From Bacteroidales bacterium (lineage in GTDB: Bacteria > Bacteroidota > Bacteroidia > Bacteroidales > F082): DNA of 64,000 nt. Below, in pieces: positions 48,378 to 56,153 of this stretch. The stretch is from positions 4,621 to 68,620 of the forward strand of contig JAZNSO010000007.1 of the NCBI GenBank assembly GCA_045591245.1. Direction: 5' to 3'. Below the pieces are notes generated by a model. The model saw only the letters and a list, made by a program, of their open reading frames with translations, did not search any database and had not been told where the DNA came from. The translations under genes and the position numbers were made by a program. Numbering within the stretch: position 1 is the stretch's first letter; every line of letters begins with the position of its first letter.

Positions 48378-49901
48378 TTATCTTTTTAAGTATGAAATAA
48401 TATTTTCTATATCCTTATATTTTATGCTATCTTCAACAAAGACAGGCACTATCGAACGTAATTCTTCATACACCTTTTTCGTTGCTGATGATAACTTATC
48501 TTGTATTTTCAAGCAATCTACAGCTTGAATTATTGTCATAAAATGTATTGCTATAACCTGATATGCGTTCTCAACAACCATGTTTGTAAGTTCTGCCGAG
48601 TTGCTCCCCATACTTACAATATCCTGATTATCATTATTATTAGGTATAGAGTGTATAGAATTCGGCATTGACAAAGTCTGCGACTCTGCTGTTGTTGAAG
48701 TTGCTGTAAATTGACAAGCCTGGACTCCATAATTAAGACCGAGAACTCCCAGATTGACAAAAGGAGGAAGTATGCCGTTTATGCGGTCGTGACACAAATA
48801 ATTCAGCTGACGCTCAGCGAGCATCGTCATTTTTGTGATGCCAATCTTGAGTTTATCCATCTCGTACGAGATATAATCACCATGGAAATTGCCCCCATGA
48901 TAAACATTATTTGTTCTATAATCGACTATTGGGTTGTCACAAGCAGAAGCATATTCATCTTCAACGACTTGAACGGCGTTTTTTATCTCTTCATAAATAG
49001 GTCCTAAAATCTGAGGTACGCAGCGCAATGAATAATAAGGCTGCACCTTATGAGCGAAGGTCGTGGTGTCGGCATGACTGTTGTCATACAATTCATCTTC
49101 TCTTCTCAAAGTGCATTGACTGTCTTTAAGAATCTCACGCATCATTTGAGCAACGAATATCTGACCTTCATGATGTTTTGCGGCATTAAGTTCGTGTGTG
49201 AGGAAATCATCATAAGAAGACGCTATTTCATTCACCAATGCTGATGCTACTATGCTGTGATTAAACAATTTCTGAGAGTGAATAAGATTTACCGCAGCGA
49301 TTCCCGACATCATAGAAGTTCCGTTAGTAATACAAAGTCCTTCTCTGATATAAATATTGATTGGTTCCAATCCATTCTCTTTCAACACATCTGAGGTATT
49401 TCTCCATTCGCCATTGTAATGCACTTCACCTTCACCGATAAGCGTAAGCGCGATATGTGCCAGCTGTACCAAATCGCCACTTGCTCCGACACTGCCATGA
49501 CGAGGTATCTTTGGGAATATGCCTCTGTTGATAAACTCTACAATCAGTTCTGCCACAGAAAGATGCACGCCAGAATATCCTTGAACCAAAGTGCCGACCC
49601 TTGCTATCATTGCTGCCTTCACAAAAATATCGTCTAATGGTTCGCCTGCACCCGTCGAGTGACTGCGTATGATATTATACTGCAAGTCTTTAAGAAATTT
49701 GTCGTCAACTCTAAACTGAGCCATCGGACCAAAACCTGTATTGATTCCGTATATAACCTTGTCGGAAGAGAAATCCTTTAGGAATTCATAACTCTTGTTA
49801 ATATTATCTTTCGCTTTATCAGATAGTTGCAACGTAGCACCCTCAAAAAGTACACTGCGAATTTCCTCTAACGACAATCTGTTTTCTAAATAAACAATCA
49901 T
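48378..49901 (-). CDS. Aromatic amino-acid ammonia-lyase (HAL/TAL/PAL family, MIO-forming)
   Basis: 507 aa. GSVGASGDLVQLAH contains the Ala-Ser-Gly MIO triad. It is the first gene of the polyketide-like cluster. Confidence 0.9.
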   Translation of the reverse strand: MIVYLENRLSLEEIRSVLFEGATLQLSDKAKDNINKSYEFLKDFSSDKVIYGINTGFGPMAQFRVDDKFLKDLQYNIIRSHSTGAGEPLDDIFVKAAMIARVGTLVQGYSGVHLSVAELIVEFINRGIFPKIPRHGSVGASGDLVQLAHIALTLIGEGEVHYNGEWRNTSDVLKENGLEPINIYIREGLCITNGTSMMSGIAAVNLIHSQKLFNHSIVASALVNEIASSYDDFLTHELNAAKHHEGQIFVAQMMREILKDSQCTLRREDELYDNSHADTTTFAHKVQPYYSLRCVPQILGPIYEEIKNAVQVVEDEYASACDNPIVDYRTNNVYHGGNFHGDYISYEMDKLKIGITKMTMLAERQLNYLCHDRINGILPPFVNLGVLGLNYGVQACQFTATSTTAESQTLSMPNSIHSIPNNNDNQDIVSMGSNSAELTNMVVENAYQVIAIHFMTIIQAVDCLKIQDKLSSATKKVYEELRSIVPVFVEDSIKYKDIENIISYLKR

Positions 49902-49924
49902 TTTCTTGATTATGAATAATTAAA

Positions 49925-49964
49925 ACATAAAAACTGTTGCTGATAAAAGATGCTCATCAACAGT
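49925..49964 (-). terminator. Terminator-like hairpin + U tract between the B12-uptake genes and the ammonia-lyase gene
   Basis: Minus strand: ACTGTTGATGAG-N8-ATCAGCAACAGT (7+3 bp, one internal mismatch) followed by TTTTTATGTTTT. It ends 23 nt before ATG 49901. Confidence 0.45.
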
Positions 49965-49984
49965 AGATTTACACCTTGAAAATG

Positions 49985-49992
49985 CAAATATA
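49985..49992 (-). promoter_or_regulatory. Candidate -7 box (minus strand TATATTTG) upstream of the ammonia-lyase gene
   Basis: Plus-strand caaatata. Plus-strand CAAA elements (minus TTTG) at about 50006-50013 fit a -33 element. Confidence 0.3.
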
Positions 49993-50159
49993 ATAAAAAA
50001 TCTGTCAAACAAATAGTTTTTTCCTAAATAAATCATACAATTTCAACACTTCAAACACATAAAAAAACGCATCCTATCTTGCAAAAAGAACGTGATTATT
50101 CACATCTTCTTACAGACAGAATGCGATTACTCTATTTAGAAATGTTATTTCGTTTTATA

Positions 50160-51224
50160 TCAGTTAAATAACATAAAACCTGGGATTATTCCCGTCTGGA
50201 ATGAAGTTACAAATTCGCCGTTTGATGTCAGACGCAAGACTTCTCCGTTTTGCACATAATTTTTCACATCGGTGAGATAAATATCGCCGTCTTCCGAAAC
50301 AGCCACATTAGTGAAAACTCGTCCTTGATTTTCGACGAGAGGCGATGCTGGCAAAGTTTCGTCATCAACTGACATTTTATAAAGATTCAAAGAACCGAAG
50401 CCGCCGTTCAGGAAATAAAGCGTTTCCATATCACTATCTATCGCCAATGACGATGGATAGTCGCCGTCGGCAAAGTCAAAACGTCTGACGACTTTGCGCG
50501 TTGCTGGATTGATACAGAATAAAACAGGTTCGCATGGAGGCATATATCCGCCGCTGCATAAAACCCAGATATTATCATTTTTATCAAGTACTATAGAATT
50601 CGGTTCCGGCGCAACATCCATAGCGTCAACAAGTTGGTCTGTATTAACATCGACAAACTGTATCGTTGAATTCGATGTTTCTGGCTGATAGAAATTAGAC
50701 CAGTTCGTCACAACGACCTCATCACCGACGCGCACCATCCTCTCGGTAGTGTTTCCCAAATCCACGAATCCTGTTTTCTGCATAGTCTCCGGATTTATAA
50801 CCCAAAGTCCGGTTGATTCCTGGTCAGAGACATACGCTTTGTTTTTATCTATCGACATGATATGTCGCGGCGATGTAAATCCATCCAATTTAACATTGAA
50901 TTTCATTGTTTTAGGATCGACTTTATAAATATACTTGCTATTATTTACCACGATATACATTCCTGTTTCATCAATTGCCATTGAATTGGCGACATCGCCG
51001 AGCGGCGACGAATTGACTCTGTAAAAAAGATTGTTTTCCACGGTATCAGCCTCAGGATCATAGAAAGAAAGCGAGGAGTTGGCATACGTGAAAGTTCCTT
51101 CGTTCAAGATGAAAAGTCCTTTTGCAACAGATGTTTCTGTCGGTGTTACAGGCTCTTTTCCATCGCATGATACAAATGTTAAGAAAATGCTTAAAATAAA
51201 AATGTTAAATAATTGTCTTTTCAT
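50160..51224 (-). CDS. Beta-propeller surface lipoprotein, BtuG-like (YncE-like repeat protein)
   Basis: 354 aa with lipobox LTFVSC-DGKE and a repetitive beta-rich sequence. It lies directly downstream of a riboswitch-controlled TonB-dependent receptor, as described for Bacteroides BtuG. Confidence 0.55.
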   Translation of the reverse strand: MKRQLFNIFILSIFLTFVSCDGKEPVTPTETSVAKGLFILNEGTFTYANSSLSFYDPEADTVENNLFYRVNSSPLGDVANSMAIDETGMYIVVNNSKYIYKVDPKTMKFNVKLDGFTSPRHIMSIDKNKAYVSDQESTGLWVINPETMQKTGFVDLGNTTERMVRVGDEVVVTNWSNFYQPETSNSTIQFVDVNTDQLVDAMDVAPEPNSIVLDKNDNIWVLCSGGYMPPCEPVLFCINPATRKVVRRFDFADGDYPSSLAIDSDMETLYFLNGGFGSLNLYKMSVDDETLPASPLVENQGRVFTNVAVSEDGDIYLTDVKNYVQNGEVLRLTSNGEFVTSFQTGIIPGFMLFN

Positions 51225-51240
51225 AGTTTTATGTTTAAGT

Positions 51241-51312
51241 CAACGGACAACGGTCAACAGACAACAGAAATCATCCATAAAACCATTGTACATTGTCAAT
51301 TGTTAATTGTTA
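51241..51312. repeat. Two blocks of four 7-nt tandem repeats in inverted relationship
   Basis: Plus strand: caacgga caacggt caacaga caacaga (51241-51268). After 16 nt comes attgtac attgtca attgtta attgtta (51285-51312). The last unit contains the btuB-like stop codon. Confidence 0.8.
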
Positions 51313-53265
51313 ATTAATTTTAAATTCCAAATAAATTTCGTAACTACGTCCTGGCATTGCTCGCCAAAGGACGGTTTGATAATCTTTGTTTGTTAAGTTA
51401 TTGATTTTAAATTCAATTCTAAAATTATTTAATTGTTTACCGAATGAAATATGATGTAGCATATAATAAGGTAAGTCATAAGCGAAGAACTCGTCATCGT
51501 TCATGCTTGTTGTACGTTTGCCTGTGAATTCAAAAGTATAGTTCATATTCCACGATTTCCATTTTATCTCAGCGAAAGCGTTGGCATGATGCTTCGGGAT
51601 ATAAATCAATTGTTTTCCTTCAGAATCATACTGTTGCGCGAATTCGCTTTCATCAGTAGTGTGTGAATAGACATAATTTCCTGATACAGAGAATATCCAT
51701 AAGGCATATCTGTAATTCATCTTGAGATGCGTTTCAAAACCTCGAGCCAATACTTCTGAGACATTTTTCGGAACCCAATATCTGTAAGTCGTTGGCACCC
51801 ACTGAATCCAGTCGTTAACTTTTGAATAATATAATCCGCTTCTGAAATCTAAATTGAAATTAACATTCTCGTAAAGATAATTAATGTCAAAATCGAAAGT
51901 CTTTCCGTTCTCGGCTTTGAGATTTTCATTTCCGCCAGGATTCCAATACAAATCATTCAAAGTAGGAGTTCTGTAGTTATGACTATATCCCGCGTTGAAA
52001 GTCAATCCTTTGACGAGATGCGTTTTGTATGCCACGGTCGCCGTCGGGAAAAATCCAGCAGATTCATCATCGACAATGTCGTTGCGAAGAGTCATTCTTA
52101 AATCGAGATTCTCATAAATCTTACCATCGACGGATGCGTATAAAGAAATTGTATTTCTGTTCTTTATCCCATCGTAATTAGAAGAACTCACATTCTCATG
52201 ATCCCATTGCGCTTTAGCATAAAGAGTCCACGACTTATACAATTCCTGTTTTAAATCGAAGATTTGACGGAATACATTCGACTTATTCAAGGAATTCGTC
52301 TGGGTCACCGGCAAGCCGTTAGAAGTATAAGATTCCAGAAAATAATTCTGTTTCTCGTAGAAGTAAGCCGATTTCACTTCCACCCTACCCGACTTCCAAT
52401 AAATCTTGTAAGATATGAAGTTACGCGAGAAATCGTTGTCGGTGAATTCCTTAATGTTGTTAAACACATTAGGCATAATCTGCGGATAATTTCTGTGACT
52501 CCATTGATTCCAAGAAACAATTGTCAGCAGCGAGTTCTTAAAACGCATTTGCATTTCCGGCATAACGCCATAATCAACGAAATCAGCGTTTTTCTGTTTC
52601 ATTTCCTGATGCGGAATTGTCGCTATGTTATTATAGGTAAAGTCGTTATCGCTGGAACTACGATATGCTTTTAATCTCGTAATGAAATTATTTCCCGAAT
52701 ATCCAAGCGTCACGTAAGAACCCCAAGTATTGAAGCTGCCGTAAGTTTGTTTTAAATCCAACAGCAGACCTTCACTGAATTTCTGTCTGTTAGCGACATT
52801 AACCACTCCGCCGAGCCCACCGCTGTTTGCAGAAGTCTTGCTTCCCCATTGCAATGAAACTTCGTCGGTAAAGAAAACCGGTATGGTACTGAAATCCACT
52901 TCGCCGAGAAACGGAGAATTAATCTGCAGTCCATTCCAAAGCACTAAAGTATGACTCGCTGTTGTTCCTCGAAATGAGGCTGATGACGTTCCTCCAGGAC
53001 CGTAAGTCTTGATAAACACAGGCGAATGTTGAATGAGTAACTGCGAAAGCGAAACAGTCTGCAAACGTTTCATTATCGCAGTGTCGATTTTACGTTCCAT
53101 TGCTCTGTCCTTCAAATTGCTGTTGATATACGACGCGCTTATCTCGACAGATTCGAGGATAATAGTATCGTTCTGCGCACATACATTAAAATTCAGTGCG
53201 AGAATAAAAGATATTATCATTAATAGCCAACGCATATTTTTATACACAGCTGCAACTTTAATCAT
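51310..53265 (-). CDS. btuB: TonB-dependent receptor, cobalamin-type (BtuB-like)
   Basis: About 640 aa. The alternative start ATG 53235 gives MRWLLMIISFILALNFNVCAQ. It has a plug domain and a beta-barrel, and is preceded by a cobalamin riboswitch. Confidence 0.85.
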   Translation of the reverse strand: MIKVAAVYKNMRWLLMIISFILALNFNVCAQNDTIILESVEISASYINSNLKDRAMERKIDTAIMKRLQTVSLSQLLIQHSPVFIKTYGPGGTSSASFRGTTASHTLVLWNGLQINSPFLGEVDFSTIPVFFTDEVSLQWGSKTSANSGGLGGVVNVANRQKFSEGLLLDLKQTYGSFNTWGSYVTLGYSGNNFITRLKAYRSSSDNDFTYNNIATIPHQEMKQKNADFVDYGVMPEMQMRFKNSLLTIVSWNQWSHRNYPQIMPNVFNNIKEFTDNDFSRNFISYKIYWKSGRVEVKSAYFYEKQNYFLESYTSNGLPVTQTNSLNKSNVFRQIFDLKQELYKSWTLYAKAQWDHENVSSSNYDGIKNRNTISLYASVDGKIYENLDLRMTLRNDIVDDESAGFFPTATVAYKTHLVKGLTFNAGYSHNYRTPTLNDLYWNPGGNENLKAENGKTFDFDINYLYENVNFNLDFRSGLYYSKVNDWIQWVPTTYRYWVPKNVSEVLARGFETHLKMNYRYALWIFSVSGNYVYSHTTDESEFAQQYDSEGKQLIYIPKHHANAFAEIKWKSWNMNYTFEFTGKRTTSMNDDEFFAYDLPYYMLHHISFGKQLNNFRIEFKINNLTNKDYQTVLWRAMPGRSYEIYLEFKIN

Positions 53266-53429
53266 TAAACAAAAGCCTGTTGTCCGTCACCTTTAGCCTT
53301 TTGTCTTTAATCATTAGTCTTTTAAATAACACCATAGTTTTAAGTTTTAATTAATAAATAAGTTAATTAACATAAAACTTCCAGTAAGATTTGTCGATTA
53401 AATTTTAAGATTATTCTCGACCGACTCTT

Positions 53430-53615
53430 TTCCCGAAAGTCTTGATTGTCTGACAACTGGCAGGTCTTCTGACTTACTCCTTACGTCTGACGTCTTCCCA
53501 TCTTTTTAGGAAAAGAAAGTGACTTAATGTCTGACGCTGTTAGAGTTCACAGCAGCGGGAACTGTTCAGGATTCGCACCTGATTCCCTATTGAGTCCTTA
53601 CGGACACCATTTATC
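53430..53615 (-). promoter_or_regulatory. Cobalamin (B12) riboswitch
   Basis: Minus-strand RNA reads ...AAUAGGGAAUCAGGUGCGAAUCCUGAACAGUUCCCGCUGCUGUGA...GUCACU...GGGAAGAC...AGUCAGAAGACCUGCC. That is the conserved core plus the B12 box, in the 5' leader of the TonB-dependent receptor. Confidence 0.85.
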
Positions 53616-53620
53616 GTTTG

Positions 53621-53628
53621 CAAAGATA
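53621..53628 (-). promoter_or_regulatory. Candidate -7 box (minus strand TATCTTTG) of the riboswitch transcript
   Basis: Plus-strand caaagata, immediately upstream of the riboswitch 5' end. Confidence 0.35.
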
Positions 53629-53640
53629 GTAAAAAAATCC

Positions 53641-53672
53641 GAGAAATTGAGAACCTGAGAATCTGAAAAAAT
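53641..53672. repeat. Four tandem 8-mers GAGAAnnT
   Basis: gagaaatt gagaacct gagaatct gaaaaaat, lying between the divergent btuB and rubrerythrin promoters. Confidence 0.6.
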
Positions 53673-53729
53673 GTTTCAAAGAATACATACACAATTCGAC
53701 AAAATCGATGATAATATCAAAATTATTTA

Positions 53730-53761
53730 TTTGACGAATATTTTTAAAAAATATATATTTG
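53730..53761 (+). promoter_or_regulatory. Candidate rubrerythrin promoter (TTTG -33 element, TATATTTG -7 box)
   Basis: TTTG at 53730-53733 and TATATTTG at 53754-53761, with a 20-bp spacer, about 75 nt upstream of ATG 53835. Confidence 0.4.
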
Positions 53762-53834
53762 CATCATCAACATAAAACAAAAAGGGACATTATTTGTTAA
53801 AATTAATAATTCACTAACATTAATTCGTTTTATC

Positions 53835-54410
53835 ATGAAAAGTATCAAAGGAACAGAAACTGAAAAGAATTTATTAAAGTCATTTGCAGGTGAATCACAA
53901 GCTCGTTCACGTTACAAATTCTTTGCATCCAAAGCTCGCAAAGAAGGTTACGAACAGATAGCAGCTGTATTTGAAGAGACAGCGGAACAAGAGAAAGAAC
54001 ACGCAGAACGTTTCTTCAAGTTCTTGGAAGGCGGCATGGTAGAAATCACAGCCACATTCCCAGCAGGCGTCATTGGCACGACTATGGAAAACCTACGCGC
54101 AGCAGCAGAAGGCGAGAACGAAGAATGGGCCGACCTCTATCCGGAGTTCGCACGCATCGCAGAAGAAGAAGGTTTTGCAGCGATAGCTACAGTATGGAAG
54201 AAAATCTCTGAAGTAGAAGCATTCCACGAACAACGTTATCGTCGTTTGTTAGCACGCGTCGAAGCTGGTCAGGTATTTGAACGCGATGAAGAGATTGAAT
54301 GGCAATGCCGTAACTGCGGTTACGTACACAAAGGCAAGTCAGCACCTAAGATGTGTCCTGCCTGCGCACACGAGCAAGCATACTTCGAACCAAAAAGAGA
54401 CAATTATTGA
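53835..54410 (+). CDS. rbr: Rubrerythrin
   Basis: 191 aa. N-terminal ferritin-like diiron domain (ExxH repeats: EKEHAERF, EAFHEQRY). C-terminal rubredoxin-like CRNCGY...CPAC. Confidence 0.95.
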   Translation: MKSIKGTETEKNLLKSFAGESQARSRYKFFASKARKEGYEQIAAVFEETAEQEKEHAERFFKFLEGGMVEITATFPAGVIGTTMENLRAAAEGENEEWADLYPEFARIAEEEGFAAIATVWKKISEVEAFHEQRYRRLLARVEAGQVFERDEEIEWQCRNCGYVHKGKSAPKMCPACAHEQAYFEPKRDNY

Positions 54411-54452
54411 TTTAAATTATAAAATTCGAATTTTAGACATTTGATATAAAAT

Positions 54453-54492
54453 AGTCCCTCAGAGTTGTGATGATTCTGAGGGACTTTTTGTT
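54453..54492. terminator. Rho-independent terminator between convergent rbr and prsW-like genes
   Basis: AGTCCCTCAGA-N11-TCTGAGGGACT followed by TTTTTG. Confidence 0.65.
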
Positions 54493-54501
54493 TAAGGTTT
54501 C

Positions 54502-55284
54502 TCAGTTTTTAAAAATATCGTTTAGTTCTTGTTTAGATTTTTCCATGTCTTCTTCATCATTTTTAAGATGTTCTTTAATCTTCTGACTTCCGAATTTCCA
54601 CATCTTAAAGCAGAAGTAGATGAATAAGACTATAAAAGCAAGTCCCACAACACCAGCGATTTCTTCGTTCACTTCCGTAAGAGACTCCATCAATGCAGCG
54701 GCGGCAATTAATATGGAGTCGTAAAGTCCGTGGACTATGACTGGTGCCACAAAGGTCAGGATTCTATTTCTCTTTACGTTATTTTTGTCGAAGGTTGCAA
54801 GCGAATAATAGTAGCCCATCACGATGCCGAAACAGAGATGCCCAGGAACGGCAGTGAAAGCGCGGGCTATACCTGTTGCCATATAACTATCTATATTTCT
54901 GGTCAAATAAAGAACATTTTCCAATGCCGCGAACCCCATAGAGACACAGGCTGCATAAACGATGCCGTCCATTTTTTCATCGAAGTATTTGTTGTTTCTC
55001 ACTACGATCCATAAGATAAAAAGCTTGGCAGCCTCTTCTGGAATAGCAGCTCCGAAAAATGAAGTTCTTATTGCATCTGAAACAGAAGTAACTTCATCTG
55101 AGAAAAAACCCAGATACATCAGAGGCACCGACACCATGAACGACAAAGGCACTGATAATAATCCTAACAAAAACGCTCTAACCAACTGTCCGACAGGCTC
55201 TGGAGACAAGCTATCTTTGCTGTTGATATAATATATCAAAACCAATACCGGCAATAATGCCACAATAAATAATACAATGTCCAT
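54502..55284 (-). CDS. PrsW-family intramembrane metalloprotease
   Basis: 260 aa, polytopic, with EEAAKL and HGLYD motifs. Confidence 0.85.
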   Translation of the reverse strand: MDIVLFIVALLPVLVLIYYINSKDSLSPEPVGQLVRAFLLGLLSVPLSFMVSVPLMYLGFFSDEVTSVSDAIRTSFFGAAIPEEAAKLFILWIVVRNNKYFDEKMDGIVYAACVSMGFAALENVLYLTRNIDSYMATGIARAFTAVPGHLCFGIVMGYYYSLATFDKNNVKRNRILTFVAPVIVHGLYDSILIAAAALMESLTEVNEEIAGVVGLAFIVLFIYFCFKMWKFGSQKIKEHLKNDEEDMEKSKQELNDIFKN

Positions 55285-55328
55285 TTTTCTCTATCGCTTT
55301 GTTATACACTCTAATATTAAGATATTTT

Positions 55329-56054
55329 TCACATAGCGAATCTCTCACCTTTTTTATATTCCTTCACCTTGCCTTTCAATTCTCCGTTTTTGTATGTGCA
55401 TTCCGACTTGATACTGCCGTCTTCATAAAACTCTATAGCAGCTCCGTTCGCCACATTATTGGAAAACATCTTCTGGCTCTTCACCTTTCCATCATCGTAA
55501 TATGTCTCCTGAAGTCCTTCGAAAAGTCCGTTTTGATAAGTGTACATCACAGCCTTATTTCCTTGCATCTTATCAGCGTAAGAATACCAAATCGTCGTGC
55601 CGTGTCTTTTTCCGTCCTTATAATCAGACTCTTCCTGGAGAAAACCGTTGTCATAACATATTATCGACCTGCCATCTTGTTTTCCTTCTTTATATTCTTG
55701 TTTGCATGAAAGACGACCGCCTTTATACCACACACAGCTCTGACCGTCAATCATATCGTTCTTATAGTCAATCTTCTTGATTATATTCGCCTGCTTATCG
55801 AATTCCATATAAAGGCCATCTTTTTTGCCGTCTTTATATTGTATAATGAAATGCGGCAAATCTGTATTAGGGTGATTTTCAACCCACGTTCCATTCTTCA
55901 TTCCATTCAAGACCTCACCTTCAACCTTGATGGTACCAAAATATTTTTCATATCTTCCATCTTGAACATCAGATGTTTTGATATTGTAAATCTGCTGAGA
56001 AAAAGCAACAGCAGCAAACATCATTATTGTAAAAGCGAATATTATACGTTTCAT
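55329..56054 (-). CDS. Secreted MORN-repeat-variant protein (YwqK-like)
   Basis: Signal peptide followed by repeated units YKDGKKDG, YKEGKQDG, YKDGKRHG, YQNGLFEG, YYDDGKVK and YKNGELKG. Confidence 0.8.
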   Translation of the reverse strand: MKRIIFAFTIMMFAAVAFSQQIYNIKTSDVQDGRYEKYFGTIKVEGEVLNGMKNGTWVENHPNTDLPHFIIQYKDGKKDGLYMEFDKQANIIKKIDYKNDMIDGQSCVWYKGGRLSCKQEYKEGKQDGRSIICYDNGFLQEESDYKDGKRHGTTIWYSYADKMQGNKAVMYTYQNGLFEGLQETYYDDGKVKSQKMFSNNVANGAAIEFYEDGSIKSECTYKNGELKGKVKEYKKGERFAM

Positions 56055-56061
56055 GATATTG

Positions 56062-56120
56062 TATTTTATTAAAAGGACGTATCAATGTGCATTTTACAAT
56101 ACAAGCCATCGACACGTCCT
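56062..56120 (-). terminator. Rho-independent terminator of the nfnAB-like gene
   Basis: Minus strand: AGGACGUGUCGAUG-N19-CAUUGAUACGUCCU (14 bp including two G-U pairs) followed by UUUUAAUAAAAU. Confidence 0.6.
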
Positions 56121-56125
56121 ATCAT

Positions 56126-56153
56126 ATTGTTAATTGTTAATTGTTAATTGTTG
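56126..56153. repeat. Four tandem heptads ATTGTTA (minus strand TAACAAT) spanning the stop codon of the nfnAB-like gene
   Basis: attgtta attgtta attgtta attgttg. The gene's stop TAA is at 56137-56139, inside unit 2. Confidence 0.8.

Noticed and set aside
48378-49901. Reading the ammonia-lyase as histidine utilisation hutH
   Set aside because: No hutU/hutI/hutG genes are nearby, and the gene is the first of a KS/ACP/FabG cluster. I still cannot assign the substrate from sequence alone.
52264-52674. 136-aa plus-strand ORF inside the TonB-dependent receptor gene
   Set aside because: It is an antisense shadow. The receptor frame is continuous and under riboswitch control.
51243-53287. Short inverted match flanking the btuB-like gene (acggacaacgg at 51243-51253 versus cctgttgtccgt at 53276-53287)
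   Set aside because: Only 9 contiguous matching nt lie about 2 kb apart. That is compatible with chance given the local heptad repeats, and there are no other signs of a mobile element.
3544-56153. Heptad and 8-mer tandem repeats as CRISPR or minisatellite arrays
   Set aside because: The units are 7-8 nt with no spacers, each array is only four units long, and no cas genes are present. They are reported as short tandem repeats instead.
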